63,032 nt of DNA, filler included, from Olpidium bornovanus S191 (GCA_017911155.1; 31 parts of 31 records of this genome joined end to end with filler, not necessarily neighbours in it); one strand, 5' to 3'. Shown: positions 1 to 12,346, counted from the first letter of the whole stretch. The notes: generated by a model from the letters alone, not told the origin. Translations and numbers: made by a program.

Positions 1-128
1 CCATGAGCGCTACAGGATTCAGTGGACGCGTCTACATACGTAAGCGCAGTCCACCGCAACGGCGTAGGCTGAATTAGAGTGATCCCAGCTTCCCGCAAAC
101 GTCTAACGGCCAGCAGAAGCGTACTCAC

Positions 129-1288
129 GGTACCCGCAACTGCGGGGTTCAAAGACACGTTCCCAAACTGTTGAGCCATCGCGTTCGGATCGTATAACCC
201 TTGCTGCTGTCCGGACGCCGGCGCCGGCGCCACATCCGCCCCCAGCCCCGGAGTGAAGAAATATCCTGCCCCGGCGGTGACGGGAGGTTGGGGTTGCGAT
301 GTTGCTCGAGAATCGGACGGCCCGCCATAGCCGAAGGGGTCGACGTCTCCGCCTCCTGTGTACGCTGTTGCCATGCCCGTCGGGTATGCCGGACGGCGCC
401 GGTGAAAGGGTTCCAGGCCTTCGCTCGGCGACGTAGGCGACAGCTGCTGCGTTTGCATGTCTGCGGCTGTTACGGGACCTACGCGGCCCCCGATACCTTG
501 CTGAGGTGGCATGCCTTGCGGAGGCATACCAGGGACGGGCGGCGCGCCGCTGAACGGCGCCTGCGGCGCCGATGCCATTTGCGGGGGGCCCAGCAAATTT
601 CCAGCGGTCTGCATCCCTGCTTGCCTTTGAGCGGTGCCCTGGGAGGGCGGCAAGCCTCCCAAAAATGGTCGCGGCTGCATCTGTTGACCCGGAGGAACGC
701 CCGGTGGTAATCCCGGGTGTTGCCCGAACGCACCTGCGGGCGGCGGAGGCGGCCTTCCCGCATAAGGTGGGCCTGACGACGGCCCGGGGGCGCTGGGGTA
801 ACCGGGACCCGGCACGGGCCGAGGTTGCGGAGGCAAACCTGGCGGGCGCGGCGCGGCGGACGTCTGAAACCCTCCACCTGCGTTCGGACGCAAATACGCA
901 CGCGTGCGTCAAGAGATCAGTCGAGGGTGGATGCCTGCCGAGGCACCTTTGCCGGGTAGGCGTTGTTTTCCACGTCAGATTCTGCCCGTCAGCGCGATCG
1001 CAAAAAAAAAAGGAGAACCGTGGCGAACGAGCCCGACACCCGGAGCAAAAAGCGAGACGGACGGACCCGTCCGTCGGCCGAGTTGCGACATTTACCTTGT
1101 CCGGGAGGCGCGGCCGGTCGAAAAGGCTGAGACGCCGGGGGGCCCGCATGGGGAAACCCCGGTCGCGGTCGAAACTCGCCGGGCCCGGGCGAGCTTAATT
1201 CCGGCGGTGGCCTTGCGCCCGGCTGCTGCTGGTGGTGCGCAGGCGGCGGCGGCGGCGGCCCGCGATGCCCGGGTGGGAGCTGTTGCAT
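129..1288 (-). CDS. 5' part of a spliced gene with a Pro/Gln/Gly-rich N-terminus, probably Sec24 family (COPII coat)
   Basis: Exon 1288-1096 (MQQLPPGHRGPPPPPPAHHQQQ...), phase-1 GTAAAT...CGCAG intron, exon 877-129 (...HRRRPAYPTGMATAY...GLYDPNAMAQQFGNVSLNPAVAGT), then a GTGAGT donor. Splice phases fit. The family call rests only on low-complexity N-terminal motifs. This frame is absent from the ORF track. Confidence 0.5.
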
Positions 1289-2222
1289 TGCGGACGTGCC
1301 CGACCCCGCGAAAAGCACACGGGCTCTCGCCGGTTTTTTGGTTTTGGTTTTTTTTTTTTTTTTTTTTTTTTTTTTGGCCTCGGAGCGGCGCGCCCGGGCC
1401 GTAGGCCGGAACCGGGAAAAAGGCGGGGGAAAGGGGATGGCGGGGGCGGGATCGCGGACACTCGCAGCCGATGGGTTTTCCATCTCCTTTGCGTCGCCTG
1501 GCGGCCAACGCGGAGCAGCAGCCGGGCGCGACGACGGAAGAAGGGATCCCGTTGGATCAGTTTTGATGCCGCTTCACGCTGGCGCTCCCGGGTCACCGTT
1601 GGACGAGCGTTCACCAAACCCCCCCACACGGCCCTCCAACTCGAATCTTCATGCCTTCAAATTGGGGAACCGTAAGGGAAAAAGGGGGCCGGGCTGCGGC
1701 CCTGCCCGCCGCCGCAAAAGGACGAGGGGGGTTAGGCCGCCCGCCTCTTTCAAAAAAAAGGAGACCTCATTCCGAGGAAGCGACCGCCCTTGAAACCTCA
1801 CCTGGTTGCTTCCGGGGCATTACACAAGGCTCGCTCTGGTTCCGTTCCGTGCAATCATGATGCGGCTTGATGGCCAAAAAGGTTGTCGTCCCATTCCTCG
1901 TGGCAGACACTGTTGGAGCTTCCACTTTCCCCGCCGGCCCACGCGTCGACCCGTAAACCGCCTTATTGGGCTTGGCATGGGTCTGGCTTCCTGACCCATC
2001 GGGTTATAAACGAGTCATCTTTTTTGACCATGCCTTAAATGGGTTGGGTACGGGTTGAGGCTGAGCCGACCTGTGTACCTCGGTGAACACCCCGCGGCCA
2101 TCATGTAGTATCAGTGAAATCCTTTGGAATTTCTTTAAACGTTCTAGAACAACCCACTTAGCCGCCCATTAAAAAAAGGGGGGGATTTAGCAATGGATCA
2201 TCACAACACGAGCAAGGAAATC

Positions 2223-2322
2223 NNNNNNNNNNNNNNNNNNNNNNNNNNNNNNNNNNNNNNNNNNNNTTAATTAATTAANNNNNNNNNNNNNNNNNNNNNN
2301 NNNNNNNNNNNNNNNNNNNNNN
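2223..2322. other. Artificial contig spacer (first of 30): N-run + TTAATTAATTAA + N-run, 100 nt
   Basis: Same 100-nt structure begins near 2223, 5082, 6563, 8491, 10612, 11748, 14710, 16682, 18027, 20030, 23144, 24728, 26931, 28951, 31691, 33250, 34490, 36997, 39085, 40778, 44356, 47503, 48624, 49790, 51732, 54037, 55845, 57224, 58840 and 61834; TTAATTAATTAA gives stops in all six frames. Confidence 0.98.
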
Positions 2323-2715
2323 CATGCACACAGCAGGGAGTTGTTTTCGAGGAGCAGGTGTTTGTCGTCCTGCTCGATGCTCTGGCCTTCAATAGCTTCT
2401 GCCTCATCAACTGCTAGTGCCCACCACGGATGCGATCAGCTCCTCATCTGTAAGCCCTTGACGCAATTCTTCGGATTCATCAATTGAAGTCAAGAGGTTT
2501 TCAACTGCCATTGGGGTGACAGTTCAAAAATGATGGAATCGTCACATGAAGAAGGTCTTGGTCAATTTGCACTTTCATCTGCTTGGATTTCCTTTTCCTC
2601 CTGTGCAATAATTCTCGGGAAATGACCGGTGTGCTTGAAACAGTTTGGAAATCTCCTGCTAGGCAGCGTATACTCCAGCGCATGCCAGCAAGCTGGCCGA
2701 TATTGTAAATGTTAG
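2323..2715 (-). mobile_element. Degenerate pogo/Tigger-like (DDE_1) transposase C-terminal remnant
   Basis: Broken frames read ACWHALEYTLPSRRFPNCFKHTGHF (W...NCFxHTG motif) and MAVENLLTSIDESEELRQGLTDEELIASV (LTDEEI-type motif); stops and frameshifts present. Confidence 0.5.
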
Positions 2716-2853
2716 AAAAGCTTTGTTCATCCCGATCCTTTTATCTAATTATTTGCAGGACAGACAGAATTGTACGATGCATTCATTCTCCATTATTCCC
2801 AAGTGCCGTCTGCACTTGGTAGCTGTGGTACCCCGATGCTTATATGCTAAAAT

Positions 2854-2906
<53 letters not shown>

Positions 2907-3244
2907 TTTTTTTTTTTTTTTTTTGGTTTTCTTGCTTGCTGCTTTTCAGCCGCCGTTCGGTGTTCCGCAGAGCTCTTGGCCGACGACGCCGCCCCCGAAG
3001 TGCGTGAGGCCACGTTTTCACAGGGCGACCGTCGCATACGGTCCGCTGTACGTTTTCTAAAGGCGGTGCAATCGTCTACGTCGTTTTGCATTCAAATTCG
3101 TGACATATAGGCTTGGGCGCCGGAACGCGGCGAATTGCTTTTTCGGCCGGGGGTATCCATGTTGTGTATACAGTGACAAACTTGCCGGGGAGGGGGTGCT
3201 GTTGCAAGGAGGGAGAAGTGAGACAGCCAGCGCAAAAAAATCAT

Positions 3245-5000
3245 TCAAGATAGTAGCGTTGAAGGAGCGTCATAAAAATGGTCCGACAAGGCGCGCGGCA
3301 ACCCGGTAGAGGACACTGTCAAAGAAGACGATGCGAACCGTCTGAGGAAACCCGCGCCCACCACGCCGCCGGAGGATACGGACGCGCCGGGCGGGGGCGG
3401 CGGCCCGACGCGGGGCGTTGCCGGGGCAGAGGCGGCGTGGTGTAATGCCGTTTCCTCGTCCTCGTCGCTGTCGGCCTCGGGTTCGAAGCATCCCGCGGCC
3501 TGCGCGCTTTTGACGAACAGGGTCGCTGCGAGCTCTTTGCAGAACTCCTGTATGACAATGTACACGCTCGCCAGCAGGTCGTGCTGGCGGGGCTCTGGCT
3601 GCTGGGGGGCCTGCGGCTCCTGCTCGTGGGCCGGACTTCTCGGTTGCGTCGGCGTTTGCGACGGCCGCCGCGCCGCCCCGGAGCCGCGACCCGGGGAACC
3701 GGTTCGGCGGGCGGAAATCCTCCGGTCCAGATCGTCGGCGTTTCCGCCGCTCGCTTGATGCCGGAGCCCGGTCGCCCGGAGTCGGCTGACTTTCTGAGCG
3801 AAGTTCGGCACCTCTTGTGACCGTAGAGTCAGTTCTTGAGCGACCTTGCAGAGGGAGGGGGCGGGAAGGAGGAGGACGGGGGGTTATAAATGACAAACGT
3901 CAGAAATCCAACCGAAAATCTCGTCAAGGCCACCCGACATATCTTCAAAAAGGAATCCCATCTCCACTCCCACCCTCCTTCATTTACCGCTCTCAGCACA
4001 CCATAAATCGTCCTCGACCCGGCAACGTCGCTGTACACGAAACTGGTGATCTCCCGGTTCGGCAACGCCACAGTCCTTGCCAGGAGCGCCGTGATAAGGA
4101 GGCTGCGCTCAACGGACAACTTGTCCGTGACAGACTCCAGCCCGCCCAGGAGGACGTCTAAAAATAGCCCGGCTTCGGCGTCGAGGTTCGAGCTGCCAAG
4201 GGGCTGAGAATGTACAGGTGGCGAACCTGGTTGATCGTGAGCTTCCTCGTCGCCATCGAGCGCCCTGCCGTTGACCGCCGCCGACACCGCGAGGGTGTAC
4301 ATGCGCCGCTCCTGTGCGTCGATCAAGTAGTCGTCAAATCCTCCGGCTTTCATCACGTCCCCGTAGGTAGAAGTTGACGAGATCGTCAAGACGCCGTCTT
4401 CTTCCGGTAGAAGTAGTAGGATCCTATAAACTGTTAAAATTAGCAAAACCTGGATTCGAAGGCTAGAAAGTTTGGGCCTTACCAATTGATCACATTTCGA
4501 GGATAAACACGATAGGAACTGAGCCTACCTTTTCACGATGGTCCGCAGTTTTTTCCCCGACAAGGGCTCCTTCTGCGCTTTACCCGTCAGGGATGACATA
4601 ACCAGCCGCTCGATGCCTCGTTGATCGCCGGAACCAAGTATGGCGTCGAACAACCGCAGAGTAGCGATTGATAACTGGGTCGGAACATTCGGGCGCCTGG
4701 TCCGGTAAGCGATGTAACCAAAACGTTGAAAGAAGGGGGGAGGAGGGGGGATGTGGGGGCGAGGTCCGAATCAACCAGCTTTTCCTTTCACAGCATACCG
4801 ATTCCCGCGGCGCGGCCATGTTCCCGACGAGCTTCCGTCGCGGCCCGCTCGCGCAGTCGTCCTTATCCGCGGGCGTTCCTCCTTTACTGTCGACGCCGAG
4901 CAGCGACGAAAGTAACGTCCGGAGAAGCGCGGACGAGTTGCATGATCTGATAATCTCCGTCATGTAAATCGTGAACTGTTCGATCTGCTCATCCTTGCTG
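3245..5000 (-). CDS. FHIP/FAM160 (RAI16-like, FTS-Hook-interacting protein) family, 3' part, spliced
   Basis: Exons encode FTIYMTEIIRSCNSSALLRTLLSSLLG, IATLRLFDAIL and GLFLDVLLGGLESVTDKLSVERSLLITALLARTVALPNREITSFVY...RTIYGVLRA, matching FAM160 core and C-terminal blocks; stop at 3245. Confidence 0.65.
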
Positions 5001-5181
5001 CCAGGGTATCTCCGCGAACATCAGCCGAACGACGTGACCTGCCGGTAAGCTCTTAGTTCCGCATTGAAATGCAACGTAGAANNNNNNNNNNNNNNNNNNN
5101 NNNNNNNNNNNNNNNNNNNNNNNNNTTAATTAATTAANNNNNNNNNNNNNNNNNNNNNNNNNNNNNNNNNNNNNNNNNNNN

Positions 5182-6090
5182 CGCATGTCGTAAATTCTGC
5201 CGTGACGGCAGAAGGCCAAGTAAGGCGGAGCGCCAAACCGGTCGTAGTAGTCGGAGGCGTTCGCAACGCAGAGGGGCACATCCTTGCTCGCTGCACTCAA
5301 GATCGAGGCCGGTATGCGGCCGTGTGGATTGGACTTGACGATAAACGTCGTCCTGGTTGTCACGGACAAGACCTCCCCGTTCTTTTTCGGGTTTCCGTTG
5401 ACCGCCTGCTGGACGGACTTGGGTTGTCGTTTCACGGACTGAGATATGTGCCAGCCGGATAATTCAATGTTCGCTCGGACGTGCTGCGGCTGTTCTGGAG
5501 GTACACCATGGTAGTCCCCTGGAGCCGAGACACCGACTACGCGCACCGTGCTTGGGTCTGTGCACACCGTGGCTTTCATCACTGCGGCGTCGCGTGCTCT
5601 ATGGAGGTAGTTCACCTATAAGTAAATGCCGAGCTAGACAACAAAAAGTTAAACGACCAATTTACATACTTCGCCGGCCATATTGGCCTCAGTCTTTCGT
5701 AGACCAAAGTGCAATTTGGCCCAAGGACGTCGAGGATGACCGAATCGTCGTACGCATAGTCCCCTACCCAGGGATTTGCGCGTGAGTGGCGTGGCAGCGA
5801 CTGGGAGCCAAACGACCGTGCCGATGGGATGGTGCAACGTACATATTCGCCTGGCACCGCCGCACTCAACAACCGCCAGAAGATCCCACAGGCCAACATC
5901 CTTGAACACCCCAACTCCCTTTAGCAATCCCACAGGGTGACCCGGTACCGGCTTTTGGAATACGGCAACTCCCTTCCGCATTGTTCCCAGGTTTTTCCAA
6001 GCCTCCTCCGTCGTTCCGGCTTGCGCGGGCGCAGACGTGACCAGATCGTCAAACGCCCGCAGAGCATCGTACAGCTGCGAAGGTAGCGTT
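5182..6090 (-). CDS. Fungal START/Bet v1-like lipid-binding domain protein, internal part, spliced
   Basis: WKNLGTMRKGVAVFQKPVPGHPVGLLKGVGVFKDVGLWDLLAVVECGGARRIW; LDVLGPNCTLVYERLRPIWP; HVRANIELSGWHI; TFIVKSNPHGRIPASILS...DYYDRFGAPPY. Confidence 0.7.
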
Positions 6091-6664
6091 CGACTAAGAG
6101 TTGCAGTCAGCGGCAAACTGGCGCAGGGCGGGACGGATAACGGGGCGCTGTTCGTTATCCGCGTCGTATGGCAAGCCTCCGGCAGAAGTGTGGGGCGCGA
6201 TAGATCGGCTGGCGCGGACGATGACCGGTTCAACGGGAGAGCGGGCGGTTTCAGGCCAGTTCTACTGCGGCCTACAGATGTGCTTAGCGGTGGCCGGCAT
6301 CAGAGAAAAGCACAACGGGCAGTGGGAAGATATCGCGCCACGGGGATGCATTTAATTATACTCACCTTAACGACCCCGCCGAACTCCTGGAAGAGTTTCG
6401 CCGCCCTGCCCGCTTCACACTGGTGTTTTCGGGAAATCCTCCATGTTGGCCCGATGCGCCGTGTGCGCCAAGGTCCCAGTCCTCGCCGGCGCCAAACCGG
6501 GATTCACCACCTTCGCCCTTGCAGCTGTCCCCGGCGTCGACTGCAGCGGGAACTGTTTCGTCNNNNNNNNNNNNNNNNNNNNNNNNNNNNNNNNNNNNNN
6601 NNNNNNTTAATTAATTAANNNNNNNNNNNNNNNNNNNNNNNNNNNNNNNNNNNNNNNNNNNNAC

Positions 6665-8490
6665 ATGATCTACCACGCCGTGGTGCCGAACACCAACACT
6701 CTGCAGTCGATGGAGAAGCAACCGCTGACTGCGCCAGTCAGCTTAACAGAGCTCTACTCGACGGCGGAGGCGCAGAAGGTTGTTGGTGTAGATGTGTTTC
6801 ATCGACTTATCCCGCTCTCCGTACACCAGTCCGCGTCGGTGTACTCGGAGGAGACGGCCAAGCTGCTCCGCGCGGAGCAGGAGAAATCTGACATCGCGGA
6901 CGCAGAAGCGGCGGCCGCGCTGGAGTACATGCGCCTGCCCGGCGCGCTGGATAAGTTTCGAGACGAAGATGCAGGCCGGGTCGGGTCCGGTGGCGTGCAG
7001 GCACTGGCGGAACCGCCCGCCAACGTGCGCGAGGCAGCCCTTGTGGTTGCTCAGGCTGAGGCCCAGGTGCCCATGGCCGATCTCGTTGGCGCGCTGGACA
7101 GGTTGCGGGCCGAGGCGTATCGAATGCTAGACGAAGTCCGCCAGTCTCTCGACCAGGAGCAGCGCGAGTGCGAGTCGCTTCGGGTAAGGGGATGCTTTCA
7201 GTTTTACGCGCCAGTTTGCGGAACAGCGTCATTGCTTTAAGAGGCCCTGCCGTTGTGCACATTAAGCGATGCTCCCTGCGAAGGTAAAATACAACGAACT
7301 GTGGGACCAAGGCCCGTCTGGTCCTCTCACCACTTCCATTCGCCAAGATCTTCGCCGCCACGGTGAGGCGATGGACCGCGCCATGTCCGCCGACAAGTCC
7401 ACCCTCGGCCGCTGGGAGGCCATCCGCGGTGACGTAGATCTAATGAGCCGCGGCCCAGAGGCGTTGGACCGTGCCTATGCAGAGGTGATTGCGGCTGCGA
7501 TTTCAGCGGTCCGGAGCGCTGGTAGCGACGTGAAACCGGCCGTTAGCCTGCTGGACTTCGACGTGTCCATAGAAGACACCATGGCGTCCAAGATCGCCAA
7601 GGTCGAGGAGTGTATGGGCAAGCTCAACAGGCTGAAGAAAGACCGGCTGGATACGTTGAAGGATTTGAGGACTTTAGTACGAATAATTTTCTTCCAGAGT
7701 GATAACTTTCATTGCGGCTGGTGTTCACAGTTTGCCGTTATATCTAAATTCGTAGGTTCATCAAGATGACATCTCGCAGGTCTTGGTTTTGAACAGGAAC
7801 TCGAACGTGGAGTCGCAGATCTTCCAATCGGCATTGGAAAAATTCCGTCCGCACCAAACTCGACTGGCGGCCGCCGCGCACCACCAGCAGGCGCTGATCC
7901 AGGAGCTGACCAAAGCGTACAAAGCCCTTCTCCAGCAGGAAGAAGGACGTCGTCTACAGCTTGAATGGGACACGGCGGAAAGGAGGCGGTCGGAGTTTGC
8001 TGAGCAGCTCAAAGTTTCCGCGGGCACCTACGAGTCCGTTAAGGCCAGTGTTAAGTAAGCGTGACTGTGGATGTCTGGACGAGGGCGCTGGTATTCCGTA
8101 GCCAGGTGTTTCGCTGATTTCTGCCGATGTCAGCCACTAACTTGTTTTATTCCCGCTCCACAACAAGCCAAGCAGTTCTGTTTTACAACAACATCACGGA
8201 CCTTATTCGCGCTGTGTCCCGCACCGCCCGCGAGTTTGTTAACCGGCGCGCGGAGGAGCGCAACGCGCTTGTTAACACGCTGGAGACGCGCCGGTCGGAA
8301 AGGGAGCAACAGATGCTGAATGAAAGGCTCTCCCGCTTGACGTCCCCGCTTGCGCCTTCGGCGCCGCCGCAACCTCCGGCCCAAGCTCCGCCCACCCCTC
8401 CGGGTTTGGCACGCGGGTTCGGCCTGCCTTCCGCCCCGGTAGGCGACGAGTACGGAGTTGGCCGGCTGACCGATAAAACGGGGAACATGC
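6665..8490 (+). CDS. BRO1: ESCRT accessory protein Bro1 (end of BRO1 domain, V domain, Pro-rich tail), partial, spliced
   Basis: DVFHRLIPLSVHQSASVYSEETAKLLRAEQEK...LEYMRLPGAL; DDISQVLVLNRNSNVESQIFQSALEKFRPHQTRL; FYNNITDL...FVNRRAEERNAL; GT-AG introns link the ORF-track pieces. Confidence 0.88.
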
Positions 8491-8620
8491 NNNNNNNNNN
8501 NNNNNNNNNNNNNNNNNNNNNNNNNNNNNNNNNNTTAATTAATTAANNNNNNNNNNNNNNNNNNNNNNNNNNNNNNNNNNNNNNNNNNNNCCCCCCCCCA
8601 TCCCCCCCCCCCGGGGGGCA

Positions 8621-8657
<37 letters not shown>

Positions 8658-8690
8658 TCACGATCCCGTTTCGAACCTCGACCCGCTTAC

Positions 8691-9585
8691 GAAGTTGTGG
8701 ACAAACTCGTAGGAATCCAGGTCGTCGATGCCGATCCGGCATTTCACCGAGACTTCCCCGCCGTCGCCCAAGCCGTCGGCTATGGCGGTGCACAATCTGG
8801 CGACCAATTCCGGGTCTTTCATTAAGACGGCGCCGAAAAACCCTCGCTTGGCGGCGGGGGAGAGACGGTGAAATTTTTTGCGGTGAGACCGTGATATAAA
8901 TGCGATCGCGACGCAAGGGGCAGCGGGGGGGGGGGGGTGGGAAGGGAAAAGCAGAGGTTACCTGCACTTTATCGCTCGGGCACCCGACGTTGAGGTTTAT
9001 CTCCCGCCAACCCATCTCGCGCGCCTTCTCCGCGGCCCGGCGCATCGTGGCTGGGTCGCAGCCGCCGAGCTGCAGCACGCAGTTGTCGCGCGCCGGCTGT
9101 TTCGCGAGGAGCACCTCCGCCGGGCCGTGCACGAACAAGTTCGCGTGGACCATGTCGGTGTAGAGCGTCGCGTTCGGAGAGCACAGCCTGCACAGGTGGC
9201 GGAATTGCTGGTCCGCGGTCAGCACCCCCCGGGATCCCTCGTGGCGGGCGGTGGGAAACGCGGGCGGCGGGGGAACGAACGCGGTGGTAGCAAAAACGCC
9301 ACTTTCTATTAAAAAAAAAAAGGAAAAAAAAAAATCACTCACGATGTCCGACACGTCTATCATTGGAGCCACCGAGAACATCGGGGGCTTGCCCGGTACG
9401 TTTCCTGGCGGCTCTTGGCGTCGGGGTGCCGACGGCGCGAACGTTCTCCGGGCCTCCGGCTTCAAGCCGGCCGGCGCGCACGCCGGTCTGGGCGGCCGGC
9501 GGTAAAGCCGGCCGAGGGGCCGCCGAAGCGGCGCTGCGGCCAGGCGGGCCAGGCACCGCTCCGCCGCGCGTTCGAGCGGCGGCAT
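8691..9585 (-). CDS. dusA: tRNA-dihydrouridine synthase, DusA (bacterial-type U20/20a) subfamily, 5' part
   Basis: Exons 9585-9343, 9207-8962 and 8846-8691, all phase 0: FSVAPMIDVSDI|QFRHLCRL...LYTDM...VLQLGGCDP...EINLNVGCPSDKVQ|RGFFGAVLMKDPELVA...VSVKCRIGIDDLDSYEF. Confidence 0.85.
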
Positions 9586-10745
9586 TGGACGGGCGGGCTT
9601 GGGGTCGCGGACGACGAACGGTATATGTCTTTTTTTTTATTTCCGGCTGAGCTCGGCCTTGCACCCCAGAATTGTGCTTCGCCCGCGGAGGTGTCCCGGG
9701 GAGAGAATGGTGGGAAACGCGGACCGCAGCGTCCTCCCCCCCCCCCCCCCCCCGCCCCTTCCCACGCGGCCCCGCGCGCCAAATTTTGGAAAATGTTATA
9801 ATTATTCATAACGGGCGGCGCAGTCGCAACGCACATATCCCGCCCGTAAATGCGTCCCCTCGCCAGGCGCTGGCCAACTTGCGCAAAACCTTCTGCGTTC
9901 AACCGCCGCCGCGTCGGCGGCACCTGGTTCTTCCTAATGCTCTCTTCTTTTCCGTGGCCTCCGGCTGGTTCCTCGTGTACGGCCCTGTGCCGCTCAAGTT
10001 GCCCCTGCGAACGGGTCCGGCTGGTCTCTCGGGTTCGTCTTCGGCACCTTTGTCCTCTGGTCGCGGAGCGGCGGAGAAACCGCTCCCTTGCTCAGGAAGC
10101 GTCGAAGGACTGAACAGCGGCCTGCTGCGCGTTTCCCTCCTTCCGGCCGGCAGCTGGCAGCGGCGCCGAGTGAATAAGCTGCACGTATCCGCTCGCCGGA
10201 AATAAAAAAAAAGCGGCGTTGTGTGATGAAACTCATCCAGAGAACGTGACCGCGTAGGCTGATGCCGGCACGCGCAGCAGTGTGCACGTTATCATGGATC
10301 CACCAGAACGATGAATGGATGGCAGTCGGCATTTCTTTTTTTTTTCTACTGGTTTTTTTTTCATCTAGCCACAACGTGATTTAAGTTCAATGCGATGATT
10401 TGCGACCGCTGAGAACTTCGACGCGAGATAGTTCCGCCGAGCTGCCGCTTTGCCCACGAGGCTCTCAGGGGTGACTGCACCGCCTAGCGACCCAAAACCT
10501 CGCTTAGGCGTGCGTCGTGCGTATTCAAAAACCGCCACGTCCAGAGTACCCCAGAATCGAGGCGTCCAGCTGGGCCTCGCTTCCGGCGCGCGGCGACCGG
10601 GAAAACTCCCCNNNNNNNNNNNNNNNNNNNNNNNNNNNNNNNNNNNNNNNNNNNNTTAATTAATTAANNNNNNNNNNNNNNNNNNNNNNNNNNNNNNNNN
10701 NNNNNNNNNNNAAAAAAAAACAAAAAAAAACAAAAAAAAAACCAG

Positions 10746-11181
10746 GTTTACGCGATCTTCCGACAAGGCATAGTAGAGTTCCCGCGGAGTCCCATCCTGC
10801 TCCTCTCGTTTCACCTTTATTCCACCTTCATGAGCGCCGCCGGGTGCGGCGAGGAGTACCCTCTCGAGGAAACCAAAGAGCTGAACCGCGGTTTCGACGT
10901 GAGTTCCGGGGAGGGGGAGGGATGGGGTTTGGGGGGGGGGGGATTGCGAGAGAGAAAGTGGCGCGCGCGCGCGCGCGGGGGTGTGTACATCCACCGCGTG
11001 ACAATAAATCAGCCCTCTTCGTAACAAAAAAAAAAAAAAACAAAACAAAAAAAAAAAAAAAAAAAACAACCGCCCAGGTCATGTTTTTCGCGTACGTGAT
11101 CGAACGCATGAACGCCACCCGGGCGCAGATGACCGAACTCGGACAGGACAAGATCTTGAGCGTGACGAAATTTGCCGGTAG
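10746..11181 (+). CDS. Two internal exons of a probable TmcB/TmcC-like (tiny macrocysts, TPR-like) large membrane protein
   Basis: Exon 10746-10898 VYAIFRQGIVEFPRSPILLLSFHLY...NRGFD spliced in phase 0 to exon 11078-~11181 VMFFAYVIERMNATRAQMTELGQDKILSVTKFA; resembles the 'FPxSxxL...FDxxFxxY...R..ELG' pattern of that family (recalled, not searched). Confidence 0.45.
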
Positions 11182-12346
11182 GTAAAGAAAAAAAAGTTGT
11201 CGGCGTCGCTTTTTCGCGCCCCATCTATCCCGTGCCTGGGACTTTGGAGCACCGTAAACTCGCGTCTTATAAGAATCATGCCCGGGGCGCGTTTTTTTTT
11301 TCCTTTTTTTTTCTTTCATTCATTTTTTTCATGATTCCCAGAATACACCCGTCTTGAAACTTCAGCAAGCGCCAATCACAATCGAGCCAGGAAATTTCTT
11401 ATGATGTGTACGTTCCGACAGCAAAGTTCACGAATGGCTTTCAGGCATGACGCCGACTGAAAGGAAAAAAAAACTTCTCAGTTTGGCACACCATCAGCAA
11501 AACCCCAGAGGACAAGGAAACACGTGGGTTCCAGCAGAGTCCTCTGCTGCGAAGACAAGTTGTGGAGCTCGTTCAGTAACCAGACGGTTGCAACCCAGTC
11601 TCATTGGCGCTTTCAGACATACAAGAGGCGGTTAATGAAGCCGAAAGGGTAAGCAGCAAAAAGTTGCAAACATTAACTGCGCGTTCGACTTTTTTTTTGG
11701 AAAAAAAAAGCCTCTGAAACGCCGTGCGTGCCTAGTCCTACCGCATGNNNNNNNNNNNNNNNNNNNNNNNNNNNNNNNNNNNNNNNNNNNNTTAATTAAT
11801 TAANNNNNNNNNNNNNNNNNNNNNNNNNNNNNNNNNNNNNNNNNNNNGGCTTCCCTCCAGTGCTGTGCGAAGCCATCGTCTGCACAAGATGATTGTCACT
11901 GCACTGCCACAGATCCGTCAGGGGAAGCTGGTTCCTTCGAGAAGACGAGCTGATGAGATGTCCCATGGGGCAGAGCTACTCCCGGCACAAGAGTTATAGT
12001 GGGAACGCAATGACCGGCCACAATCGTCAGCTGACTACCCAGCTGGCTTCCCCGACGGTCTCTCTCCGCACAGACGCAGCGTGGTGAGGACCTTGCGCAA
12101 ACATGTGTCGAACGGTGTCACGGGTTAAATAAAGCAGGTACAATGCAGTCTGGTTATCTGGCTGATGTCTTTCCGTATGAGCCTGCTGTACGACATCTGA
12201 GTCTCTGAAACACGTGAGGCCGGTTGACACCGAAGTCAGTCGGCCAGTGTCCACCCACCGGGGACAGCGGGGGAAAAGCCCTCCTGGTCAATTTGCATGC
12301 ACGGATATCAACCACGTCATCTCGATTGGCTTTTTTTCTACAAACG

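Noticed and set aside
103-1149. 348-aa ORF from the track as the real protein
   Set aside because: Arg-rich shadow frame; the splice-consistent Pro/Gln-rich frame on the same strand is far more plausible
2040-2060. Telomere-like GGGTTGGG
   Set aside because: Only one or two imperfect units, internal to the contig
2267-2278. TTAATTAATTAA (PacI-like palindrome) repeated 30 times
   Set aside because: Always flanked by fixed N-runs; it is a six-frame-stop concatenation spacer, not biology
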